Made by a program: the position numbers and the translations under genes. 64,000 nt of DNA from a virus. The notes under the pieces were generated by a model that saw only the letters and a list, made by a program, of their open reading frames with translations, ran no database searches and was not told the DNA's origin. Location: positions 21,043 through 85,042 of the IMG/VR virus record IMGVR_UViG_3300012936_000005; one strand, 5' to 3'. Numbering within the stretch: the stretch's first letter is position 1; every line of letters begins with the position of its first letter. Below, one piece after another: positions 32,501-41,500 of this stretch.

Positions 32501-35500
32501 CCCAAGTTTGTGTACTTTTATCTGTTGCTGTCCAAATATAACTATTTGTTGCAAGATTAGTCTGAGTAAGCAAATCATTGTAACTTAGAAGTGATAATGC
32601 TACATCGGAAGGATTTACATACCCTGCTGTTTTTGTAAAACTGTTATCATCATTGAAATATTTTGTCGGGAACGGTTTGTGATCATAATTTTTTGATTTA
32701 ACATAGATGCCGTTCCTATCTAATTTATAAATTAAACTTGTGTCCTTGGGATTAATTACATCAACTAATTGTACTTGCTGTGGTTCTTGTCTATACTTTT
32801 GTTCATCAAATACAATATCGAACTGATCGTCACCTTCTGTTGATCCGTAACGTCCTACTCTTACTGCCCACTCTTCAAAAAATTCTAAACTATCTTTTGT
32901 TGCACTTCCTAATTTATCAAATAATTTTGTTAAGACATTTTTAGTACCTTTGTCTTGTATAGCACCTTGATAAAACTTATACTGTGAAACATCGTCATTG
33001 ATAATATTTTCAAGATATTTACGCTTTTGATATCCTGTCAAATGTTGTGCAAGTTTCTGTTGCTCTATATCAAAATTATCAGAATCTAAATCGTAATAAT
33101 CTGCAAACTGTTTTGCTTTGTAATCTAAATTTGGAAGAAGCTGTTGTACTGGCTTATCATTTAATCTTACAAATGCTCTATCGTTAAATGTTTCAGTGCC
33201 TACTACTTTAGTTTGTGCTACATAAAAATATTGTTTATATTTTACTAATGCACCTATAGGATAATCTTGCCAACTTACCCATTCTGTTGCTACTGCATCA
33301 TCGAAAATAAAACCAGGTATGTTATATGATCCATTCCATTCATCTGATCTATATCCTTTTACTTTTATTCTTTCTTGCCTGTAACCTTGGGCTCTGTTAT
33401 AAATTACATCTCCAAAAACTGTTTTATTATCTATTAGCAGAACATGTTCATGCTGTATAACCGGAATCTTAAGATGGAAGATTCCGTCTTCAGTATTTTT
33501 TACATATATTCCAAATTCATTTGTGTTGTCTCTTTGTGTTGTTGCAAAATCAGCAAGTAGTCGTTTACCATCTGCTTTAAGCAAACTGTAGTCATAAAAA
33601 TTATCGTAAATATCATCAACAACAACATTTTGCCTATAAAATTCTATTTGTCTAGCACTAGGGCTTACTGTAAGAATAGTTCCTGATTCCCAATTCTGTG
33701 TTGTCCAAAATAGGAATTCTTTGGCACTTAATCTCCAGTTTTCAATTTCTTCTATGTCTTGATTAAAATTATCAAATTTAAAACCAACTTTTTGTAAGTA
33801 TTCTTGATAACCCATCATTAGATCTACTACATCTTGCTTGTCCCTTAATAGCGTCCCGTAAGGCATTTCATTTAGAGTTTTATCAAAGTTTGTAGAAATT
33901 TGTGCTGTTGCTCCGCCTTCTTGTGGTAGTTCAGCTAACTTCTGAAAATTATCCTGGTTAAAGCCTTCTCCTGAAGTGTGACTTATTTTTACTCTATAAT
34001 AAGAGTCTGATAATTCAACTATTTGTCCAGCTTCGTATGTTTTACCTGAAGTCCATGTTAGGAAGTTTTCGCTTATGCCTCCAACGTTTATAACTTGATC
34101 ACTGTTTTTACGTCTTACAGGATAATACTTAAACACAGGATTATCTTTATCATAACCTTTTACTACATAACCAGAAGGCGTAATTTCAATAATTATTCCG
34201 CTATATGCAAAAACATCTACAGGAATACTTTTAGTTAAATGTATAGAATAGTTTTCGTCTGGTACAAAAACATTACCTTCATTTGTAGGTGTCCTTGAAT
34301 CTAATATTAATCTAAACTTTTCTTTCTGTGTAAATCCTGCTAGTTTACAACCTAATTTGTTTTGTACGGCTACAATATTATTTTTAAAGTCTCTAAAACG
34401 TAAAGTATCATTACCTGCAAGGTATCCTTGAATATAATTGACTATTCCTGCTGTATAAACTCTTTGTGAATCTGTTGCACTATTAGGAAATATAAGTTGA
34501 TTTAATTCAATTCTTTTGCTAGTATCTTTGTATACTAATTGACCAGCTGTATTACGGACTATTCTACTTCTATCAAATGCTAAACCAAAAAACTGTGCAG
34601 GTTGGTTTAGTGCCCAAGATATCATTAAACTGAATGGGAAGTGTGAGCTTCTTCTCCAAGCAGTTTCTACAGGTCCTTCGTCTCCAAAAGCAAAGTCGTT
34701 AGTATATGTCGTAGGAATATTACCTCTAGTATATCCTGTTTCATTTGGTGGTAACAAGTTACCATTTTCGTCTACAGGAATATATTTTAAAATATCTTCA
34801 TTTTTAAATTTATTTCTATACGTTACTTTAGAGCCTTCATCTCCTCTAACAATACCTTTACTCAAATCTTCCCAAAGTAACAAGTTATTACTTGTATATG
34901 GAGCAGGTCCATATTCAGTGTCAAACCATGTAGGCTTTTCTTTGAACCCTAGTATTTCCCAAGGATGACTATGAGGTCTATCTGTGTTATAAAAATCTTT
35001 ATAAATTGATCTCCAAAAACCTGTCAAAGGTTGATTATATGGATCACTTGCTGATCCATAGTTATATGTAAATCCGTCTCCGGGTCTATAATAATTATTT
35101 GCTACATAATCAGGAACACCTACAGTTTCTAACCAGCTGTTAAATTCTGCGATCATTGTTTTAGAAATTTGTCTTCTTGTAAAACTAGTATTCCTACTTT
35201 TACTGTTGACGTAATCTGCAATGTCTAAAACGTTTTCGTCATATTGTAATTTAATATTATTGTAAATTCTTTTTTCAATATCTAATAATAAATTATCTCT
35301 AAAATCTCCAAAACATCTCCATAAACTTCCGTCGTGACCTTGTAACATCGGTCTTGAGTTTGGATATTCTTCTATTAGCTGTGTATCATTTGTAGCATGA
35401 TTCATTCCACCACTGCCGCTAGGCATATAAAACTTTTCATTAGAGCCTGCAAAAACATGGGTGTGTGCAGTTCCGTTCCCGCCGCTTCTTAAATCTTCTT

Positions 35501-38500
35501 GTTGTGCAGAAACTTCATCTGTGAACAACGGATAAAACCAACCTAGTTTCCCTTTGTAACTTTTATTAGTTGTAACATCTCTACCGTAAATTTTCCAAGG
35601 GCCAGTTGTATCTGTTGGAGTGTCTAAATATGTGTCGTCTAAAAATATCTCTGGAGTGAACTTTGGATATAAACCAAGTTTAGTTGGTGTAGGAGGTATC
35701 CAACAACCATCTGTAGTTATGTATTCGTAAACATCTAAAATATCACCTGCTGTTGGTGGATTTAACAAAGTTAAAAATCCGTCTGTGCTTACAGTATAAT
35801 CTTTATCTAAAATTAATTGTTTTTCATTTAAGTATACTAAAACAGCTTTATCTGATAACGCTGTAAAATCAATTCCTCTAATAAGACTAAAAATTGTCTG
35901 TGATGAATCTTCAATATTATGTGTAACTTTAGTATCTCCACCATGTGGTAACATATCACTAAAGTAAAACGGATCAGTATTATTTTTATTTTTGTTTAAT
36001 TCAAATAAAACTTTATCAACATGTATTTTATCAACGCCTTCGAATCCTAGTTCATTTGCTAATCTTAGAAACTCTTTTTTAAATTTAATATATTCAAAAC
36101 CGGAATATTTTAAAGCCTCAATAGCGTCATAATCTTTATCTGTCAAATTAAACAATGCAAGATTGATAGGTCCACTGTGTTGTACAAATTTTAAACCATA
36201 CTGTGATGCATTTCCGATGTCTCTTAGATTACTTACACCTGGGAATGTTCCTACAAATCCGTTTACATTATCAACTATACTATCAACATGATCCAAAACT
36301 TCACCTAATGTAAATGTTGTTACATTTTCATTTTGTGGATTTTTTTCAAAATTTATTGGAAATTCATAAAATCCTATGCCGTTCCTTTTAGGAGCACTTG
36401 ACGTTGTTTTTAAAACTAATTTATCATCTGCATTTAATTCAGTGTCAAATGTTACATAAGCATAACCGTTTACTCTATTAATTGTATAGTCAACGCCGTC
36501 ACGCTTACGATTACTGTTTACATAAACTTTAACAACTAAGTCATTTAAATCTCCGCTGTTTGTATATACATCAACAATAAAATTGTTTGTTCTTTGACCA
36601 ACAGTAATTTGTTTAACTACAGGTTGTATAGATTTATTTGGTGCTTTCGTCCAGCCCGAAACATTTGTAAAGTTTGTTCTGTCAGTATATTTTCTTAATA
36701 ATGCTGTATCTGTACTAACATTTAATACATCAGTAAGTTCATCGTACTGGTATGTATCTAACAACAAGTTAAAATCAAATACAATGTCACCACTATTTTC
36801 AATAGTTCTGTAACTTAAAGGAAAGCCTAATTCTGTGTCGTTATTTCCTGTACCAACTTTATAACTAAAAATTTTATTTCCTGCAAAAGTGCTTGATTCT
36901 AATGTAGATAATTGTGCACCTGAATCATTATACAAATCAAATAATGGTTGTTGATTTACTTTGGTTTTATCCTGTGTTTGTCTCCAAGTAGTACCATTAT
37001 AATAGAAAAGTTTACCTTTGAACTTTGTACCTGATTTAATTAAAACTGTTTCATCTGTTTGTGGTACAGAATCAGTAGTTTCTTTTAGGGCTAATTGTTG
37101 ACTTCCGTTTTGACTTATAAAGTTTACTTCATAAATTTTTCCTGCTACAAAACTATCTGGATCTGCTGTGAATAAAACACGCATACCAGACACTAACTCT
37201 ACTCCGTCTACAAAGTAACCAACTTGTCCTTCTATATCAGAAAATACATCTTTGGTTACAGTATCAACTAGGTCAACTGCTGTTTTTGATTGTGTTCCAA
37301 AATTGTAAAGTTTTAAACCAGCATCAAATTCTATAATAGGTCTAGTAGCTCTATAGTTTTGATCTAAAACAACCGGAACATTATTAATCTTTGCAATATT
37401 TTCTATAACACTTTTATGTGTCCATTTATTATAACGTGACCATTGGTTACCGTCTTTGGATGCTCTGTTAATAACAATATAGTCTTTTAAAATTGCATAA
37501 GAAGTTGCATCGTCAAAAGGTAATGAACTAAATCCTTGTCCGTCAAACTCTGTAGAAACATCTGTCAAATAATCAGCAGTAATAACAAGATCAGATTCTG
37601 ATATTAATTTTATTGATTCTCCAACCCCTTCTACATACCAATTGCCTTCGCCATATTTTTCTGGTGTAATTTTTCCGTAAAATTTTACTTTCATACCGTT
37701 AGTTAATTCATAACCATTTTGCATAGTATATGTTTTTTTACCAACAATATCAGTTCCTACATTGAGCTCTGAAGCATCTCTAATATCTTTTATAATAATA
37801 AGTCCGCTTGCTTCTAGGTCATTACCGTTTGTGTAATATAAAATATCAGGAGATTCTAAATCTATTTGCCAAGTAATTGTGCCTTGTTCTACTTTTTGTT
37901 GACTAACTCCTGTATTGTATAAGTTTGCATCAGAGTCAATATCAGTGCTTGTTCTAATACTGAAAGGCATATCTACTGCATCAATATCAAAGTTGTATGT
38001 TTGTCCTCTGTATAAAGTTAAGGTAGGATTGCTTACTTTGTTTTCTTCACTAAAAATATAACTGTTATTATCAACATTATCTTGACGCTTGACTGCAAAA
38101 GTACTAACGATGTTTGTAGCTGTTCCGTAGACTGGTATTTCATTAGGACCAGAAGGTAACCAATAGTATTCTCTAAAATTTACAAACTTATCCCAATTAA
38201 TATGTGGATCCCATGCATAATATTCTTGTGAACTATATTTGCTATGGTCTATGTTATCTGCATTTCTTATTTTAGATGCATTTATATAATCTCTATAATC
38301 TCTGTAGAAAGTTACATTACCTAAGTTATTTGTTATAGTTGCAACAGGTTCTAATTGATAATTTTCTCTATCAGGTGAAACATCTGCGATATAATTATCT
38401 GATGCTTTGAATGCTTTTGCATCTCTACGCCCTATAAATCCATCTACTTTTTCAATGACGCCTGGTTGCATCAATTGATCAAGAGTACTTGTTAGAAACT

Positions 38501-38597
38501 TTTTGTTGGCTGTAGTTCTAAAGTACCTGGGTAATAAATCAGCTGATTTTCTTTTTTCGTTTCCGCCTACTGGAATTGGACTTTCATCTTGTGCCAT
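23523..38597 (-). CDS. giant (5024 aa) virion structural protein, probable baseplate wedge/fibre platform (gp7-like position)
   Basis: Uninterrupted ORF coupled to gp6 (TAATG); FG-GAP-like repeats (FGQSVAVSPDGKYLAVGSP), GSGY..AP.I.ISGGGGSGA repeats, GDGST..F repeats. Confidence 0.8.
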   Translation of the reverse strand: MAQDESPIPVGGNEKRKSADLLPRYFRTTANKKFLTSTLDQLMQPGVIEKVDGFIGRRDAKAFKASDNYIADVSPDRENYQLEPVATITNNLGNVTFYRDYRDYINASKIRNADNIDHSKYSSQEYYAWDPHINWDKFVNFREYYWLPSGPNEIPVYGTATNIVSTFAVKRQDNVDNNSYIFSEENKVSNPTLTLYRGQTYNFDIDAVDMPFSIRTSTDIDSDANLYNTGVSQQKVEQGTITWQIDLESPDILYYTNGNDLEASGLIIIKDIRDASELNVGTDIVGKKTYTMQNGYELTNGMKVKFYGKITPEKYGEGNWYVEGVGESIKLISESDLVITADYLTDVSTEFDGQGFSSLPFDDATSYAILKDYIVINRASKDGNQWSRYNKWTHKSVIENIAKINNVPVVLDQNYRATRPIIEFDAGLKLYNFGTQSKTAVDLVDTVTKDVFSDIEGQVGYFVDGVELVSGMRVLFTADPDSFVAGKIYEVNFISQNGSQQLALKETTDSVPQTDETVLIKSGTKFKGKLFYYNGTTWRQTQDKTKVNQQPLFDLYNDSGAQLSTLESSTFAGNKIFSYKVGTGNNDTELGFPLSYRTIENSGDIVFDFNLLLDTYQYDELTDVLNVSTDTALLRKYTDRTNFTNVSGWTKAPNKSIQPVVKQITVGQRTNNFIVDVYTNSGDLNDLVVKVYVNSNRKRDGVDYTINRVNGYAYVTFDTELNADDKLVLKTTSSAPKRNGIGFYEFPINFEKNPQNENVTTFTLGEVLDHVDSIVDNVNGFVGTFPGVSNLRDIGNASQYGLKFVQHSGPINLALFNLTDKDYDAIEALKYSGFEYIKFKKEFLRLANELGFEGVDKIHVDKVLFELNKNKNNTDPFYFSDMLPHGGDTKVTHNIEDSSQTIFSLIRGIDFTALSDKAVLVYLNEKQLILDKDYTVSTDGFLTLLNPPTAGDILDVYEYITTDGCWIPPTPTKLGLYPKFTPEIFLDDTYLDTPTDTTGPWKIYGRDVTTNKSYKGKLGWFYPLFTDEVSAQQEDLRSGGNGTAHTHVFAGSNEKFYMPSGSGGMNHATNDTQLIEEYPNSRPMLQGHDGSLWRCFGDFRDNLLLDIEKRIYNNIKLQYDENVLDIADYVNSKSRNTSFTRRQISKTMIAEFNSWLETVGVPDYVANNYYRPGDGFTYNYGSASDPYNQPLTGFWRSIYKDFYNTDRPHSHPWEILGFKEKPTWFDTEYGPAPYTSNNLLLWEDLSKGIVRGDEGSKVTYRNKFKNEDILKYIPVDENGNLLPPNETGYTRGNIPTTYTNDFAFGDEGPVETAWRRSSHFPFSLMISWALNQPAQFFGLAFDRSRIVRNTAGQLVYKDTSKRIELNQLIFPNSATDSQRVYTAGIVNYIQGYLAGNDTLRFRDFKNNIVAVQNKLGCKLAGFTQKEKFRLILDSRTPTNEGNVFVPDENYSIHLTKSIPVDVFAYSGIIIEITPSGYVVKGYDKDNPVFKYYPVRRKNSDQVINVGGISENFLTWTSGKTYEAGQIVELSDSYYRVKISHTSGEGFNQDNFQKLAELPQEGGATAQISTNFDKTLNEMPYGTLLRDKQDVVDLMMGYQEYLQKVGFKFDNFNQDIEEIENWRLSAKEFLFWTTQNWESGTILTVSPSARQIEFYRQNVVVDDIYDNFYDYSLLKADGKRLLADFATTQRDNTNEFGIYVKNTEDGIFHLKIPVIQHEHVLLIDNKTVFGDVIYNRAQGYRQERIKVKGYRSDEWNGSYNIPGFIFDDAVATEWVSWQDYPIGALVKYKQYFYVAQTKVVGTETFNDRAFVRLNDKPVQQLLPNLDYKAKQFADYYDLDSDNFDIEQQKLAQHLTGYQKRKYLENIINDDVSQYKFYQGAIQDKGTKNVLTKLFDKLGSATKDSLEFFEEWAVRVGRYGSTEGDDQFDIVFDEQKYRQEPQQVQLVDVINPKDTSLIYKLDRNGIYVKSKNYDHKPFPTKYFNDDNSFTKTAGYVNPSDVALSLLSYNDLLTQTNLATNSYIWTATDKSTQTWGVYKLVATDLRITNYTATNAGLFTVTCDKVADFAKGDIIGLNDIDDATDGYYKVDSTSLNSIVLESVEDEDIEDPEDGVEINGYVTKFETARLPNLKDANDSLGVSNLNNTLWVDDDDTGQWLTLSNREVFELKPNIINTSAGILDSTEKDFGTAFSVTSNNNRIAITAPKDLNGSVYIFQRPSDNNEFGFLQQIDEQAFLFDSNGGFGQSVAVSPDGKYLAVGSPHASNVKSKLRGDYNNKVAYVQGDIVLFSDQLWKADRNIDADALQSFSNHSSNAQAKEDDYNTDTQEYPTIEYIVRGDYTLGANSDTDHILIRAEKEQFEGTKPGDILTLKWNKYTTTAQAGTEPFNGDTTLTESLINGNHTIVDKVQHIIHIQSALSVPDAGTEITTDTCRATIMYRRTNNENEMTMYIKDVNGSFQGSGKIYANGILVGDYVEELTITDNYHTGWWYVSVGSTFTSTNLVETKANLVIQDITLETEIVNNPFFSNILDTKVLSSTAHPTKASEFGILSHTQGQSNIQVLDSKWWVRTPLAHGNSITPGDKTRFWVNTIRVNGLVQDPNAIGLTSSYINSTEHTVADVWNGYVEVRLTNFDLNGDPFIPNIGDILTCTNTGSTGEIAFIERAFSTAKIYLKNRNGTWALGSDFGVNSNATYIENDSTVRTIGPINSAHMENSISGPLIIIDSGTNIPVVASGTNYLRDLEYWIYSSTVIEGITDSANPPSSINLDWTRVYNIPVIAEGYGTGLSEQGTFAIYEMKGVTYQLISYYTVPNSANNRQLGTKLRFVQPDANSYKLYIHAQGDGSEANQGRIYFVNKNSTDDWALSVQKNYRGDFRLSATYFEGEFVRFGETIYKANTNSIPGPFNVNQWTAQTSGLDLLGYVPNDTNFSLVESVLEQNNLEAFGSDFDVSSKGEVLIANSVYTSVYEIESGGVSLGLDSSIANRKVVVYRLNDSSYEYSQILEPFNQTEDFGATIAVSEDGKKIAVGAPFNSDVADNAGAVYLYIQKDNTFVYSQTLRPIDKSVNIQFGTKIDFDGNTLAVASRGGSMTSVTSFDTFRNLKENEQYVLDPKSGVNPIATSFDNNSTKFQTIDQGSGVVSLYETVNDSLLYSQNFTYDLDTQDFGNRMLVSKNHVYIGLPKQQVPNSSVLDKGLVAEYRKPAGTTSWSITRQPVLPADTSKFKGVYLYDKKTNGLLTYLDYIDPIQGKIAGPAEQEISFKTSYDPARYSFTSATSNVVAHPLDYTSDEWVGKLWWDIDSAKFINHHQGDITEATSNFNKLFPGSTVEVYEWVESELLPSEWDEQSGTDAGLTSGISGTTKYGDNAYTVRRKYDQGSETFTNYYYYWVLGKATLPPVDGRVTTCSDVIRYITNPEITGYRFVAMLGSNRFSLYNCDSFIQDKETAISFNWWTIENQEQPTHIQYQLISDGLETSVPNRDIEQKWFDSLVGFDTNDRPVPDINLPVKLRYGALNDPRQSWFVNRTEARKQFVERVNNTLGKNLIVDDFDLTKLTGFDPQPTVATGIFDTTADSFAEIGFVSIARVKPASLQLEVENGVIINVLINDAGQGYINVPTYTISDIEGSGAELEFVLDANGSISNVNIINGGRDYTTNLSISVRSFAVLVKSDETINGKWSVYQWDGTEYLRTLTQSYDINLYWQYTDWYASGYNQFTFINHTIDSSYEIYALDDEIGDIVKINSVGTGGWLLLRKIANLDTQDYTLSYETIGRENGTILFKNSLYDSNASNTAFDGASFDKIFYDTEPNTEFRKILEILKSDIFIDNLAIHWNELFFASVRYVLSEQPNVDWLFKTSFVKAKHNIGELKQKVTFQNDSLPSYQNYVEEMKPYKTKIREYLSSYEKIDPASNVITDFDLAPYYNEDEGKIVPQSVQIIDGKVLAGASDLQNYPSKHWLDNVGFQIKSFSIADAGSGYQVAPKIVISGGGGSGATAEAFIGNGRVTSVRVTNGGSGYLTSPKIDIVGSIDDGGSVARLSPILGEGKTKSAHIRCKFDRVTGTYLFQTLGETQTFTSTLDQQIFNLKWPMQLKSTQIKVTVGGLEALRSEYSFTNITDTSKGYTRSYGRITFTNALAINQSVVITYNKAPELLQAQDRINLYYNPTSGMYGNDLAQLLDGIDYGGVEVSSFDFGTGTGWDADEWFTTTYDTFDTTFEDEIFQIGDDSTRVLNFVKPLEAGAVYNVYKNGVRLDDPNYGTSNPVTNTRAVMQSVTGAGQTGVALYDDAGTLGNDIIVFDEELISTSPNDIIVFRKTTSDGSFLPDPRSYDTILRGGDFAFSTAKGINPEEIIVDGDDFVSPTTSKGPEEQVPGQVLDTLDIRVFHRPKDGGSVLSSNSYRTDGVTNKFNFGIQPQNKDALIVKLDDVIQAQTLYKVDYRLKTITFDTVPNANQEVNIVSISGNGTNAIEQSQFIGDGSTNAYVTKIHYDSKLDYYATVNGVLVESVLTSTGDSSGEDPKAMIVFGSPPPDNSIINYAVYTSVDSFSKIETTEFVGDGSTKVFSLDKTPYSSKPNSHNVIVKLDNKILNPGYNQQFNCKLAQREYFLELWQSPIGSFQAKDILILLNGKELTIAVEYNLRPANSSVILEPGIGREGDILEVYLRTDGDYAFGSVQTINSNLTWVDSGADLQLKTAPAEGQKLTVYTFNKHDSMDFERQNFDVIARTPVTVGTDDHIQFNHIKAGLVKLRYPAIDAQYVWLTVNGVLQTPSVDYKLTEDKNFVKYKGSFADNDVVEVIQFSAQGEISSNFGFSQFKDILNRNIYKRLGDVAPLKLAKDLKTFDKEIFLDDASAISTPDKNSSIPGIIFINGERIEFLIKQGNVLRQIQRGTLGTGVASVHEAGSDVYNQGSTQTAPYADQTIVDEQIGDGSTTVFPLGFTPKNTNEFEVFVAGKRLRKNAIQMFNPALDQDSPEADETAPAEFSVDGTTPALTLLNTPAVNAKIKIVRRQGKRWTDPGISLNDAESLVARFFKAEKVELPK

Positions 38598-41500
38598 TAG
38601 TATCCATAGCCTCCGCCGCCGCCGGAACTACCTCCTCCACCGCTAGATCCTCCTCCACCGGAAGACCCACCGCCACCGCTTGACGATCCACCGCCACCGC
38701 TTGACGATCCACCGCCACCTGAATATTGGCCGCCTCCTGAGCTACTGCCTGAACTGCTTGTAGTTGTTGCAGTAGTAGTGGTAGTTGTTGTGGTTCCTGT
38801 GCTTGTTGTAGTAGTTGTGCCTGCTGTGCTTAAGGCTTGACTCTTAATACCTGTATTTGTTGTACCAGTTGCTGTTACAACCTTGCCCGAAGCTTGTATT
38901 CTTGAAGCTGTAACACTATCAATAATTTCCACATCATCAACTGTTGCGTCATTAATGAAGATTTCGTTGTTTTCTGATTTTACTTCGTACAAACTACCAA
39001 AGCCTTGAGTGGCTTGTTTAGGTACTAGTAAGATATTAACAACATCTGGTGCTACTTCGTTCATTACATAAGTTGCTAGTTCTGTAAAATGAAATGTTTC
39101 GCCAAAGTCCCAGTTTTGTAATGAAAAGAATCTATTTACAGCATTAATAACATTTGTTTTAAGTTCGTTATTATTAACTACTTCTCCGCCATTTTTAACA
39201 ATTTTAATAGTTGCTTGTAAATTATCTTGTGCATGTATTCCAAACAAAGGTTTATATAAAACAGGATGATATATAACTTCATCACTTATTGATTTATATA
39301 AAGCAATCTTTGTTCCATAATTTTGAAATAATTCATCAGTGCTTGGTGGTAATGGCATAGTGTTAGTTTCGCCTCTAATGTATTTTCTAAAATTTGTATC
39401 ATAAGACTTTGTAAGAAGATAGATATCTATTATGTTACTTGCACTAGGATCTATTCTGTTACCTTCGTCTGCACTGTGTACATACTGAAATTTAAGATCT
39501 GATCTACCAACATATGCTTTATAATCAGCAGTAACACTTAGCACACTATTGTTTAAAATTTTGAAGTTATCATTATCGATGATATAAAAAACTTTACCGT
39601 CAGTGTATTGGCTGTAAGCACCAATTTCTGTTTCCGTAGAAACAATTTTTATTGTGCTACCCTGGCTATAATAATTAAATTTACTAAATCCTTGATCTGA
39701 AGATTCTTTCTTTAAAAATATATATTTTGCTGTACTATTTGTTAATGGATCAACAACATTATCAAAAATATCTGGATCATCAACGCTTCCGTCTTCGTTA
39801 TTATCAAAGAAACTTACTTCAACTTTTTTACTGTTTACATATCCATCTGCATTTCTAAATTCTTTTACAATTTCCCAATTTACATCATTATTAAATGCTT
39901 CTAACGAATCTGGTTTGGTGTTAAAATTCATTATTGCAACTTTGTCTTTTACAAGTTGCCCAGTCTGTGAATCATAAATTTTATTTTGTCCATCAAAATA
40001 AAAACTTAATTCTTTATCGCTTTCAAAGATATAACGAAGTCCTCTATTTGTTACTGTATATTTTTCTCCATTTGTTTGGAATAAAATAAGCCAACTAGAG
40101 TCTAACTGGTTGTTAGTAACATCACCAGTTTTACCATTACTAAACACATCAACAGTATTAAGGTTCTCGTTTATAATTACTCTCCAAGCTCTTGTTACTT
40201 GATCATATCTTAAAGCAAATGTTTTATATGCAAAAACTTGATCAATAATTTGTGATCTTACATCTGCAGAAATATCTTTTACAATTTTAGGTTTCACTTC
40301 TTCTAGAACACTATTTGAAGGAAGTATTTCGTTAAACACAATAGGACCTTGTCCAGTTACACTGTCTACACTTGTTCCTGCACCGTCTACACTAATTACT
40401 TTTACCCATTTATAATCACTTGCACCTTTAGCTTTGCTGTCACTAGTCAGTTCGCCTTCACCTATAAAGTAAAATCCTGCTGGAGATTTAAATTTAAGCA
40501 ATGCACCTGCTTCTAAATATTTTAATGAACCGCCTGTAAATGTACCTACTTGATAAGGGATGTCACTTATATTGTTCAACAGTCCCGAAGAGCTATTTGT
40601 AGTTTTGCTAGATTGTTTCCATCTAGCATTAAGATCACTTACAATAATTTTAGCATAATTACCAAAGTAAAAATTACTTATTGCTCTACTTTGTATTATT
40701 GGTAATACTGTATTTTCTATTGCACCTTCAATATCAGTTTGAGTTGAAAAACTAAATGATGTTTTGCTTTCATAAGGTTCTCTGTATAACACACCGTCTG
40801 AACCATATAAATTTGTGCTTGAATATTTTCCAGTAGCATCTTTCAAATCAAAATATCTACTAATACCACTTGTTGTTCTATTTGTTGATTTTACTTTTAT
40901 AATTTCTTGGTTACTAGTCAACGGAACAATATTATAATCCTCACCAGTAATCATTCTGTTTTGTGTGTAATATGTTTGAGGAGCGTTTGTTCTTATATTA
41001 GCTGTTGACTCACTTGTAGTTGCATTTGTAACAGGAGTCTTTAATTCAACACCTATGGTCAAAGTTTCTGTCGTGCCTGCTTTACTTGTATATGGTAATG
41101 TAAATGTTATGCCAGTAAGTTCATTTGGATTTATTGACATAATTCTGTTAGCACTTGTTCTGTAATAAACTCTAAATGTTCCTGCTGGTAGATTACCAAA
41201 AGTTCCGTCTGCAAATACTAAACTTATTTCGTCGTTTGCTCTTGTTTGTACAACGTAAAAATCTCTTATTCTTTTGTTAAGGCTGTTATAAATTGCATTG
41301 TTGCCTTCTAATGAACTTACTTTGGTCCAAATTCTATCTGCAACCCCATTCTGGTCTAAAGAATATAACCATACGTCTGAATCGTTTATGTTTTGTGCTT
41401 CTACAGCAATTTTTTGATTTGAGCTAGGACTGTTTACGTTGAATACATTAGATTTTAATTGACCTTGTCTAAAATGTAAAAAGTATCCTGTGTTAGAACT

